Positions 47,750 to 59,500 of a stretch of 64,000 nucleotides of DNA are shown piece after piece. This DNA comes from Felis catus (lineage: Eukaryota). A program made the position numbers and the translations under genes. The notes beneath the pieces are model-generated. The model worked only from the letters and a program-made list of their open reading frames with translations. It made no database searches and was not told the DNA's origin. The stretch covers positions 88,848,001-88,912,000 of the forward strand of contig NC_058368.1 of NCBI RefSeq assembly GCF_018350175.1, in the 5' to 3' direction. How positions within the stretch are numbered: the stretch's first letter is position 1; each line of letters begins with the position of its first letter.

Positions 47750-48400
47750 AAGCATGGCCTCTAGGTGAGTCAGTTCTCATCTGCTGTTCTGAGCAACAGT
47801 GACGATTCTGAGGTGGCCCAGCTGGCCTGAGGGCCTACACGGAGGCCTGTGTGACCAGAGAAGTGATTGCCAAGCCGTGATGGCCCAGGTCCTGTGGGAT
47901 GTGTGAGCCATTAGAAGGGCGTTGGATTTTGATCCGGAAGAGAGCAGGTTCTAAAAGAGTGTGAACGTGACTTCCTCTGTAACAAGGGAGGAGCTGTGTG
48001 GATCTCCTGTGACCAGGGGAAAAGGGAGGAGCTGGGTGGATCCTCCATGATGAGGGAGGAGGGGAACCCAGTGGGTCTGGGGAGAACAGCGAGGTCAGGG
48101 AGCTCATTCAGGTGCTGGCTCAGAGCACGGTGGTTGGATTTGACTGGTTTGGAGGTCGACCTGAAAGGGTTTGCTGGGAGGTGAGATGAAAGTAAGAGAG
48201 GATGTGGTTGCAGATGACCCCACGGTTCCCCACGCTCGCGGGATGGATGGTATCGCTGCTTCAGAGAAGGTGGTCGGGGAGAGGCTCCGGCTTTGGAGAG
48301 ACGTTGGGAACCCCGCCTTGGATGTGCCCTGCGGGTCCACGCGAGGTGAGTCTTCTAGAGGCTGATGCAAGCATGCGTGGAAAGTCACGGAACAGCAACC
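47750..48400 (+). mobile_element. Degenerate L2 fragment
   Basis: TTGGATTTTGATCC..GAGATGAAAGTAAGAGAGGATG..GATGACCCCACGGTT..ATGGATGG resembles L2. Confidence 0.4.
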
Positions 48401-50699
48401 CCTGCTACACTGATTCCACCTTGCCTCTCTGTCTGGTTTATGGCACGGTTTTGATATTTCCACTCGCTCATGTTCCCTGTGAACACCCAAGATGGGGGTT
48501 TGTGGTGAGGGGTGTGTGGGAGCGCACATGCACATCCGTGGGCCAAGTAAGTTAGCAGAGTTCCAGCCCCGATCGTTCCTGAGCATGGCCACAGGCCTGC
48601 CCACCCTCTGCTCCCCCACCGTAGCCTTGCCAACTGCCAAAGAGAGACAATACTTCTAGCTTTTCTTCTTGTTGGGAGGCTAATGATTGAGTATAGTACA
48701 GTGCTGGGAAGTCTTTGAAATAAAATCACAGAGTGCGTGTGCATTATTATTATAGCTCTGATGGTATTTATATTTAAATCATTATGATTGCAATAATAAT
48801 ACACCATTTTGCCAATAAAACACAAAACCACTTCAGAAGAACATGCTAAAATGATAGCATTTTCTGGGGCCAGGCAGCAGTATCTAATTTTGGGTCTCCA
48901 CAGTTGGTTTTGTGATTCATGTATTATGGATCTGCAGAGAATAATCCAGGCTGGGCGGCCCTGCCCAGGGCAGTGAGTGTGGAAATACGTGGTTGGTGTG
49001 ATTGTACCGGGAACAGGGGGATGTCAACATTGACACGGATGTATTTCACTTGGGCTGGGGGCTGCCTTTGTGCCCGCAGCACTTGACTTTGTGACAGTGC
49101 ATCTGAGGGCCAAGTGCCTTTTGTCAGCTGTCCAGTTAGGCAGGCACGTGGGGCAGGCAGGTGTCTTAGCTGTGACTGATGGGTTTTCTTTCAGATCCAT
49201 GGACCAAATTCTAAACCTGAGGGATGTGTGCTGCTTGGAGCACAGGCAAGAATGCAGAACTTTCTTTAGTGGGAAGTGCTCTGGGGCCCGAGACGTGCAG
49301 AGGCTGCCTCTTGATGCTGGAGGTGATGCTGGAGGCTGGCTGCCCCCTTCCCTCTCATTTCACTGGGAATCTCTCTTGGCTTATCGGAGTTGGACCAGTT
49401 ATTACATTTAGCTGGAATCTCTAAGGAGACAGAGTGGAGAGAGGAGGCTGTTTAATATTAATTTTGGAAACTGAGCCCATGGCCTGTGGGCGTCCAGTGG
49501 GGTGGTCGCCACCAGAGGCTCGGTGACAGTTGCTACCAGAGGCTCGGTGATGTCACTAGTGACCACCCCTCCTTGACCTTTGCAGCTGATGTGATGTGCA
49601 GCTACCCTCCGTAGCTTGTCCTTTTGCTGACCACTCCCTCCCTCCTCAGAGTTTTCCCGTTGGCCAGCTCAGGATGGCAGTCCTCCTGACCTCACTTCCC
49701 TGGTGTCCCCCTCCCCACCCCAGTTGCCTCAATCCTAGGTTGTCAGAACCCTCTCTGCTCTCCTGCTCCACTCGGGTGGCCTCTTACCTGTTGGTGGCTT
49801 TACCACTCCCATGTTGTCCAATGTGGTGGTTTTTCAGCAGGTTTCGGAACCTCCTGAAATGATACCAAATACTCCACGTTTGTTTTTCTGGAGAGGGGAG
49901 GCATCATTTTCAGCAGGCTTGGATGGGGGAGGGCTGGCCTGCAAGGTTGTGATCTAGTGTTCTCAGCTGCTAGATTTCAGAACAGCCCCAACTCTGCTCC
50001 CCTCTGTCTCCTTGCCTCCTGGGCCCGTCCTGCTAGGTGCAGGAGTTGCAGTGTGCCCTTGGGGCTGATGCAGCATGCTGTCCCACACCTGCTACCCGCC
50101 GGTGTCCTTTGGCTCCAAGCAGCTGTCCCGTGCCCCATTTGGACACCTCAGAGGGGTCCTGCCCTGCTCTTTCCCTTCCCCCTCATACTGTCCGGGTCTT
50201 GCCCATCCTGATCTGACTGCTGGATCGGGACCCTCTCCTTACCTGTCACCCTGCCTCTGGCCTGGCTTCTCAGCAGCTTGTCCTGGCCCATGTTCCCAAG
50301 GCAAGCTTTCATCCTGTGGGAAGGGGCGTGACCTGCTTCAGTAGCCCCCACTGCTCCCAGTTACACGGCCTCCAGGACTGTCCCTGAGGTCGTCAGGTTG
50401 TCACCCCGACCCCTCCCGCTGATACACCGCCCCTGCCAGCTTCCTGGCCTGGCTGTGACAGTGCCCCCTGGGCACTGAAGGACCCAGGTGGGGACAGCTC
50501 CCATGTGTAGCACCACCCACACCCCGGGTGCACTCTCCTTCTCCATAGTGCTGTTGCCCTCAGGGCACTGTCTGGGACCAAGGGTGTCAGGGAGGACCCC
50601 AGGCCCTGTGGGTCACTGTCTTAGTCCCACAGCCAGAGGCCCAGATGCAGTGGGATGGCTGGCCTGACACAGGGCTCCCTTCTCGTGCCTTCCTTTAGA

Positions 50700-52450
50700 T
50701 TAATTGAGTTCTTTTTACAAGTCTGTATTATCTCCTGGATTGGCTCTTTACTTACATGTGTTTTTAATTTTTTTTTTTTTACTTTTTACAGCTTGTTCTA
50801 GGGTTTACAGTACATGTTTTTAACCTGTCACAGCCTAGCTTCCAATAATACTTTACCACTTGACACACGGCGTGAAACTTCACAGCATAGTGCACCTGTT
50901 TCCTGTCTCCTGCCCCACAGGGCTCGTGTATATATGGCCTGCTGTCATAGAGTTCGATTGTGGGAGTTATCGTTTTGTTTTTTACACAAACTTTAGATTT
51001 TAGAGCAGTTTTTGAGTTGTAGAAAAGTGTAAAAAATAGTCTGAGAGTTCCCTCTGCCCATAGACCCTGCTGTTAATGTCATACCAGAGAACATTTGTCT
51101 CAACTAAAGAGCCAAAATTGGGAAATTATGATGACCTATATTTAGATTTCCTTGGGTTTTTTCTCATGTCGTTTTCTGTTCCAGGAGCCCATCCGGGAAA
51201 CCACGTGACATCTGATTGTCATGCCTCCTCAGGCTCCTCTAGCCTGGGACAGTTTTTCAGATTTTCTTGATTTCTAGTGACTTTGGCAGTTTGAGTACTT
51301 GCCAAGTATTGTGTACAATGTCCCTATATTTGGGTTTGTCTGATGCTTTTCTTGTGATTAGACTGGGTTATGGGTTTTTGGGTGGAATGACACAGAAGGA
51401 AAGTGGCCTTCTCATCCCATCCCGTCAAGGGCACATGCTATCAACATGATTTATCGCTCTTGGTGTCGACCTTGCTTGCCCGGCTGAGGTGTGTTTATCA
51501 GGTTCTCCATGGAAAAGTTACACTTCCTTCCTCCCCTTCCCTCCTGTCCCCTCTAGCAGTAGGTCACAATGCACCCACATGTCCTCCTCCAAGTCCTTGA
51601 GGGTACAATGTCTACATAAGTTATTTAGAGTTCTTCTGCAAGAGAGATTTGGTTTTTTTTCCCCCATTTGTTAATTGGTTCAACCATTTACATCAGTCTG
51701 GACTCATAGATTCTTGTTTTACGTTTTGGGTATAGTCCAGTACTATGCCATTCTGTTGCTCATACTTGTTTTTTGAATGTTTATTTTTGACAGAGAGAGA
51801 GAGAGCACGAGCAGAGCAGACAGCGAGGAGGACATAAGATCTGAAGCAGGCTCTGTGAGCACAGAGCCCGATGTAGGACTCGAACTCGAAAGCCATGAGA
51901 TTATGACCTGAGCTGAAGTCAGATGCTCAACCGACTGAGTCCCCCGGGCATCCCAATTGCTCACACTATTTCAGGTTTGGCCACTGGGTGCCCTTTCTGT
52001 TGGTGCCAGGGCCCCTCTGTGTGTGTGTGTGTGCTGGTCCTCCCAGGGGCCCGGCTCCTCTGACTGGAGCAGCCTCCCAAACCCAGATCTGTGTGTGTGG
52101 TGTGCCCGTTGTTAATTCTCTTCAAGTAGGTTGTAAGGCTGGACAAATACCTGTTTTCATTTACCCCCGTCTTTGTCATTACCCGTCTTCTTCATGTCTT
52201 TGTGTAGCTCTTTATTTCTACCTTGTATCATGTTTTTTTCCAGAAGAACTTTCTTTAGCCCTTCTTATACTGTGGCTTTTGTTTGTGTGAAAAAGTATTA
52301 TTTCTCTTTGTGACAGATGTTTTAACTAAGTAGAATTTTGGATGGACGGTTTTTTCTTTCCCTACTATAATGATGTCATTCCATTGTCTTTTGTCCTGCA
52401 TAGTTTCTGTGGGAAATCTGCTGTAATTCCCATTTTTGTTCCACTTGCTA
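50700..52450 (-). mobile_element. Old L1MC/ME-type fragments
   Basis: TTAGAGCAGTTTT, TTTGGGTTTGTCTGATG..TGATTAGACTGGGTTATGGGTTTTTGG, GTAGAATTTTGGATGGAC and TTCCATTGTCTT. Confidence 0.65.
51767..51954 (-). mobile_element. CAN-SINE
   Basis: Reverse-complement SINEC with TSD core TTGCTCA(T/C)ACT. Confidence 0.9.
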
Positions 52451-55400
52451 GAAATTCGTAGAACCCTCTGGAATTAGCCAGTGCCAGTGAGAACATTTAT
52501 CGAGTGCTTACTTGGATCGGGTGCTTTGTTTCCCGTGACTGCTTGTGCGTTTCTCCCCAACCCCTTCAACAGGGAGGTGTTGCTGATGGCAGTAAAGGTT
52601 ATAGGAAAGAAGCCGAGGGTTGTGGAGATGAACAGGTCTGCTCATGGCTGCTTCCAAGAGGCACGGGGCCTGGCTGCCTGACCCCAGAGCCTGAATCCTA
52701 ACCAGAGCACTCCATTCAGACCATGCAGAAGCTTGAGGAGCAGACTGAGCTCATCCGCATCTGGGTAAAATGCCATTTCCATTCTCAGACGTGCTAGGGC
52801 ATTGCAGTGTGGGAGATGGGCCTATGCTGCATTCCTGCTTAGCTTTTCACAGGCTCTGTGACTTTGCGTGTGTCCTGTGGCCTTGCTGGGTTTACCTTTT
52901 CACCTCTAAAATGGGTGAGGGTGGCTGGCTGCCTGCCATTTGCTCTGGGTTAGGATTAAGTTGTGTGGCCTGTGGCACATCAGCTGCATAGCGCCTGGCG
53001 CTGCAGTCAGCCCATGGAGGGTCTCTTTGTTGGGCTTTGCTCAGGGCACATCAGTTGAATCGGTGAATTGAGTGTTTGCTCAAACCACATCGGTTTCCCC
53101 ATTCACAGCCTAGAGTTGCAGCTTACAGTGCACACCCCAGTGTCCTGCCTCAGGCAACATCCTCTGATCGGCTCCTCCTGCTGTGCTTGCCTTTCTGGAG
53201 CATGGCCCTAGCAGCGTCATTTCAGAGCTCACTGAGTGGCTTTCTGTGGTTCCTTACTCAGATACAGAGTGCTGCTACCCCAGAGCAGTGACCATGGGCG
53301 GGCCCCCACCTTCCTCCTGCCTCGTACCTTCTGCCTGTGGTTCTGAGAACCTGCTTCGTGGTCATACCAACCTCAGGGCTCCTGTGAAGTGTACTTCCTT
53401 TGATTAAAACCTTACTTCCTAGAATCATCTATATTAAAAAACAACAACAAAACCCCATAGACCTCATTTAATAGGAAATACTTTATAAACCATAAAGCCC
53501 TGGGTAAGCATTTGATGTTTTCATCTGTGCTCCTTGTGCCTGTCTCCTCCACAAACATTTTTAAGTGCTTTCCCTGGGCTGAGCACCACACCGGGCCTGG
53601 GGCCCTGGTTCTTGGGGAGCTCCCAGTACCCCAGTGTCTGCAAGCAGATTTCATGGTCATCCTTCACTACCGGGGAGGCAGTGTGCTTACTCTGGGGCTG
53701 TGAGTGGTGGGCAGGGCAGCCATCCAAGGAGGGCCTTGGCAGAGGAGGGAAAAGGTGTGAGGCAAACAAGTGGCACCCGTGAGCCCTGGGGTCCCTGCGT
53801 GGGGGTTGTTGCTGGTGTCTGGGGTTTCCTTGTGGGGTCCCAGGGAAGCTATGGGACAGTAACTTCTCGGGAAATCAGTTGGTTGGGAGCACATACCTTA
53901 AAAACTCTGCCTGTTTATCATTCAAGGCCTGAATCTGTGGGCTCCCTCCTCCATGAAGCCTGCCTAAGCCTCCCTCCTTGGAGGCCAGCGGTCTGGTTGC
54001 CTCTCTCTCCATCCAGCCTGCAGCCAGTGTACCTAGGGCACCTGTTCGGTGACTTTGTGCAGGCTGTCCCTCCCCAGGTCTTTGGGAGCCTGCACTTTAT
54101 TAGGCAAGACCCACACGAACATAGATAGCTACACGATTACTGGATGACAGTAGTGATAGAGATTTTCCAAAGGAGAAGACCAGGCTTGTGTGGGCTTGTG
54201 TGAATGTGTTTAGTAGACAGCGGGGCATTCAGTGAGTCCCCCAGGCTTGCTGAGTCCCGTCCCCTCACTGCCGGATGTCACCAACACCGAGCAGGTAGGG
54301 TTGTTGAAGATGGATGGCGCTCTGGCCGCGTGCAGCCCAGCGCATGGCATCTGGGTCATGATTGATGATGAAGGAAAAATAGCATGGTCAGTAGTTAAGT
54401 CTTGCCTTTTGTCTCAGTCATCTCTCACTTCTAAGTCCCTTGAAGGGAAGCCCCTGTCTCTGTACCTGCTGCAGCCCCAGTCTTGGGGTGGAGAGGGGGA
54501 GCGTGGGGTGCCAAGCTAGGGGATTGGAGGAGAGGACAGGCCACAGCAGCTGGACCAGGTTAGGTATTAATGTCTGCATTCAGCTGACTGGCTGGACAGG
54601 ACTGAGGTGGGTCATCTACATTGCAGATCTCATTGAAAATAACGAATACAGCAACTCCTGAACAATTTTTGCATAAGTTAGAAATATGTTTCAGAATGTT
54701 CTATCCATGTGAGATGGGGATGACTGAGCCCCAGGGAAGGGTAAGTAGAGCATTCTGGAATAACCAAGGAAGAGTTTCGAAGGGGTTATACTTGTAGTAT
54801 TTTATTGAACCACAAAATGTTATTTATAACCCATGCCAGGGGCAATTAAACTGATTGATGATTAAGAAAGTCTAATAGTTGAATAATAAGATGCAGTTCT
54901 TGACAGCTATTTTTTCTCATTTTGGAAGCATATGAGTCTAATAAGGGTGTGGAGGATGCACTGTGGAATATATTGTGGTGTAATTATGTGGCGGTGATAC
55001 AATATTCAGTGTAGTGTTAGGTGCTACATTACTTACAAAAATTAAAATACCAATTATGGCTTTCTGATTTATTATTGAGGTGGTGTGTTAATTTTGACTT
55101 GCCCCAAGCAGGGTTAATTAGTACATATTGACATATTTGATTAAAAGTCCCCTACTGTTGAATTGAATAAGAAAGGTCAAACAAGTAACTTGTTTTCCCT
55201 GGCCACCCCGCGTGGTGTGAGAATTCCAGCAACTTCCATGGGCCTACCTGAAGGGTTTGCTTGGATTGGTAGCTCCCTCCGTGCCCTGGGACCACTGAGG
55301 CCTGCCCTCTATTGTTAAAGCGGCCCTTGCCTCTCTCCTTGGTGCGTGCCAGGGTTTTGTGTGGTGTTTCTCTTTAAGAACCACTTCTTAATGTTTGTAA

Positions 55401-55863
55401 AAAGCAGACATATGGTTAAAAAATGCTTTTTAAAAAAAGCAGAGATGTTACAAAGTCGCAAACACAATGACTAATAAACTAAAAGTGTAGCTTTGTAAGT
55501 AATGAAAATGCAAATTGAACCAAGAACGCAGTTCTATTTTTGTCTATCAAATTAGCCACTATTAATAAGGCTAATACTCGGTGCTTTCAGGTGAGGTGAG
55601 ATTGACACCCTGTAATCTTCCAGTGGAACTTCTCTGGGAAGCACTTTGGTGCTCATTGGAAGGCCTGTCAGAAGGCCGGTGCCACCTTGTCTGCAGGAAG
55701 TAGAGAGATGCCGGGGAGACTGGGGTGTGGGAACTCATGCCGTGGCGTTTGATCCAGTAGGAGCTGTAGACGGCGCCGATGCCCAGCCTTCAGGGGAGTT
55801 CCAACCAGTTGTGGGTCAGTGATGTCCATGCAGGCTTAAATCTGATTTCCTAAGAAATGCTTT

Positions 55864-56055
55864 TCCTCTTTTAATGTTTATTTATTTTTAGGAGAGAGAG
55901 ACAGACAGAGCGTGAGCAGGGGAGGGGCAGAGAGAGAAGGAGACAGAATCTGAAGCAGGCTCCAGTGAGCCCGATGAGGGGCTCAAACTCATGAACTTGA
56001 GATCATGACCTGAGCCGAAGTCAGATGCTTAACTGACTGAGCCACCCAGAGCCCC
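55864..56055 (-). mobile_element. CAN-SINE
   Basis: TSD AAGAAATGCTTT at 55852-55863 and 56056-56067. Confidence 0.93.
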
Positions 56056-56171
56056 AAGAAATGCTTTCTCAAGAAGGAAAAGGTGACCAGGGTATGAATA
56101 AACCGATAGGACAGAAAGCTTTATAGGTAGTCTCAATTCTGGGTTATTAAAAAAATGTGTGTACATATGAA

Positions 56172-56516
56172 TATTATGGACTAAATTGTTTTCCTTCCCC
56201 AAATTCATCTGTTGGGCATCTAAGCCCCAGAACGTCAGAATGTGGCTAAATTTGGAGAGGCGGTCTTTACAGAGACAAGGTTAAGCGAAGTCATAGAGAG
56301 GCCCTAATCCAGTATGAATCGGCCTTGTAAGGAGAGGAGGTCAGGACACAAACACAGAGAAAACCCTGTGAAGACGCAGGGAGAAGACGGACTCCTGCAA
56401 GCTGGGGAGGGACCAGCACTGGTCACTATGGGACCTCTAAACCTGCAAGATAATGAATGTCATGTAAGCCACCTGGTCTGCAGGACTCTGCACAGTGGCC
56501 CTCGCAACCAAATACA
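56172..56516 (+). mobile_element. MaLR LTR (MLT1B-like)
   Basis: TATTATGGACTAAATTGT..CCAAATTCAT..CAGAATGTG..GTCTTTACAGAG..GGCCCTAATCCAGTATGA..TAAGCCACCTGGTCTG..AATACA. Confidence 0.8.
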
Positions 56517-59500
56517 GTGACGTGTACCAAGGGGTCAGCAGTGCCTACGTGGCGTATTGATGGATGCTTTGCTCTTCCTTTGCATACTTTTCTGTGTCCA
56601 CTGGATTATTTATAAGAATCAAGTATTGTCACAAAATCTTGTGTATTGTCACAAAAGTGTTGTTAGGAAGGTTGCTTCCACATCCGGATCGCGAGCTGGA
56701 GTAAGCTCCTCTTCTGGAAGCCAGCCTGGTCACCCTTAAGGGGGACTTGCCCTGGGGTGTACGTCATGTCTTCTCCAGCCCCAAGGCAGTCTGATTCTCA
56801 GGGTGTGGTGTCAGGAAGGCACGTGGAGGCTGTTGTCCGCGGGCCAGGCAGGTGCTCTGTCTAGTGAGGTGGCGGCACAGCCACCAGATGGTGAGCGCAG
56901 CCCAGTGTTGTGAGGGAGGGTCTGCCGGGCTCTGGTGGGTCATCTCTCCCCTCCCCTGTCGTGTGAGGGCTTTAGTGGGGAACCACCATGCATGCTTGAG
57001 CTCTGGCTCTCTGGGATCTGAGATTTTCTGAGATTTACATCCTCTCTGTTGCCGAGGCTTGGAGCCAGACCCAGCCTGAACCAGGTCCCAGAAGGATGCC
57101 CCGGGGGTTAGTCCGGAGGAGAAAAAGGAAGCCTGAGGAGGCAGGGCCACAGTGGTGGGGCCAGGAGGTGAAGCAGGGCAGTCAGGGGCTCTCTCTGACA
57201 TCTGGAGGGAAGCATGAAAACTTCATAGGATGGTTGCGGGGGGACGGGGGGAGTGGTCTCCAGCTTCTAGCCAGCCATGTGGCCAGTATAGGCATCAAAC
57301 GCCGGGGTCTGTGGGACCCATTGAGAGCGCCCCTCTTTGCCTGTGCATATGATAGTTTAGAGAAAATGAAGGCCTGGCAGTGGAGGCCACAGTCGCTCTG
57401 TGGGTACTGATGTGGAGCCCTGGGGAGGCCGTCCTGGTGGAGGGTGGCACGCACCCATACCTTGGCCGAGAGACCAGCTTGCCTCCACCAGAAAGGGACA
57501 GCTGTCCTGGTGAGGCGTGGGGCGGCATCCCTGACAGATGCTGGAGATAGGTTCTCTGTAGAAGGAGCTCTGTGCCCATCCCCTCACCAAAAGGCCCCCC
57601 ACAGCTCCTGCATTCCAGGTGGGAGACAGTGCTGTGACGTGGCAGAGCTGTGGGAATGCCGGGACATGAGCCCCCAGAGGTGGTGGCACAGTGTGTGGTG
57701 GCTCGTCAGCGGGTCCTGAGGGCACCGCCCAAAGGCCTTGCAGTTCCTTCAGTGTCCATCCATGCCTCGGGTCCCCTGGGGTGGCACAGAGCCAGAAACT
57801 TTAAACCCAGATTCGGTCTTTCTGGTTCCCTTGTTGCGGGGGTCTGGGGGCTGGCAGAGCTTGCCACCCTGGCCCTCCGCAGCGCCCCTGGTGCCCTCGG
57901 TCCCACTGTGTCGTTGGGTGGGGGTGGGGCCCCGGCCGTGTCCTGCGGGTGGCACTCGTGCTGTCAGAGAGCTGTGATTTATGGGCAGTTGGAACTGTGC
58001 ACGTGTGTTCACTCGGTGTGGCCCCTTCTCCTACCATCAGGTCCCTGCGGGGCATCCACCATGAGCTCTTCGTGTGTCGGCAGTGCCACGTGCCCAGGCC
58101 CTTCCCTCGGGGTTCCAGGAATACAGTGCCTCATGGCCCCGTGCAGCCCCCTGCCCCTCCTTTGACTCCTCCCAGTGCAAGAGGAACAGGCACTCCTTTC
58201 TGGTGACCAGAACCCTCTCATGCCCTGGCCGGGCTTCTCGTGCGTTTGGGCTCTTGCACGAACCCCACGGAGAAAAAAGATGTTTTCCTTTGAGCTCCAC
58301 CCTGGGTCACTTTTTCCATCTGACTGGAGTGTGGAGCTTTGCTTTTCATTAAGTATGAAACAAGATCTGTATCGGCTGTGGCCCACTGAGGCAGCCCCAC
58401 GATGAGAACGTGTCCCGACTGTCCCCCGCTCCCCCCTCAACCCCCCAGCCCTCAGCCAGCATTTTTCTGCTGCTTCTTGAACTGCAGGGCCTGGGGGTTG
58501 TGGCCTGCCCTTTCCAGGTCATACAGTGAAACAGTAAAGGGAAAACGGCCCAGAAGCTATGTGAGTGACAAGTGGGGCATTGGCTGGGGCTCCCATATGT
58601 CGGTTTTGTCACAATCTCTGTCCGCGGTCACCCTGCCAGAAGGGAGCGGACAGATAGGAACCGGTGGTGGTGGGGAGGAGACGCCTCGCAAGGGGGGGCT
58701 CCTTGGACTCAGCCGCCTGGGGGATGTGCACTGCCCTGGAGGATGGGTGTGGGCCGGCACGGCCACCCCTCCCTGGTCTGCAAGGCCTGCAGGGGCCCAG
58801 GCTGTCCCCCTGTGGCCACACACAGGCCGGGGGCCTCTGAAGGGAGGGCCCACCACTTCACTCCCCTACCCCTGGCCTCTCTCTCTAGTGCTGCACCCGG
58901 GAGTTCACGTGACCCTGCTTCTGCGCTGGTCGGAGCTGACCAGGGCCCCCCTGTCCCCACACCCTCTTTTCTGAGCATCCTGGCACTGTCACTGTGCTCA
59001 CTTGTGCTTTGGTATGTTTCTGTGTTATTTTAGTTTTCTGACATATTTCATGTCTTAGGTCCTTTTGAGCATCAGCATGGCCTTGGCCTTTTCCGATTCC
59101 CTCATTGTATTGACCTGAGTCCATGCGTGCCTTCGGATTTCAGTTGGCTCTGTGATCCTTAGAGAAGACTTGCGTTATTTCGCCTTCTGGCTCTACCCCC
59201 AGGCACCAAATGCCTCCGTGATGTCCACAGTCTCCTTGCGCAGTTTTCTGCCCACACACAGATCATCGAGGGTGGTGTCAGAGGCTAAGACCTAGTTTTG
59301 TCTCCAGTGCCTGGAGAAGGCGAATCCCAGTGGCAACTGGCTGCTGGGGACCGAGTATAAAACAGGTCAGGCACCTCAGCTGCTACTTCCGATTGAACCA
59401 GTTCTCTCCCTACTATGACTGACAGGAGAGCCAGGTGGCCTGTGTCCTGCTCGTTGGCAGCATATGTCGCTATGACAAAGGTTGAACGAGATGCAGCATT

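Noticed and set aside
49195..49245. Possible plus-strand exon after TTTTCTTTCAG
   Set aside because: Only a non-canonical GC donor follows, the peptide is unrecognised and there is no partner exon.
49511..49550. 16-bp direct repeat ACCAGAGGCTCGGTGA, and a similar 14-bp repeat GTATTGTCACAAAA near 56623-56656
   Set aside because: Consistent with ordinary small slippage duplications; no enclosed element.
10288..56055. tRNA genes suggested by A/B boxes, and MAQSVK-type ORFs
   Set aside because: All are tRNA-derived heads of CAN-SINEs followed by (CT)n and A tails.
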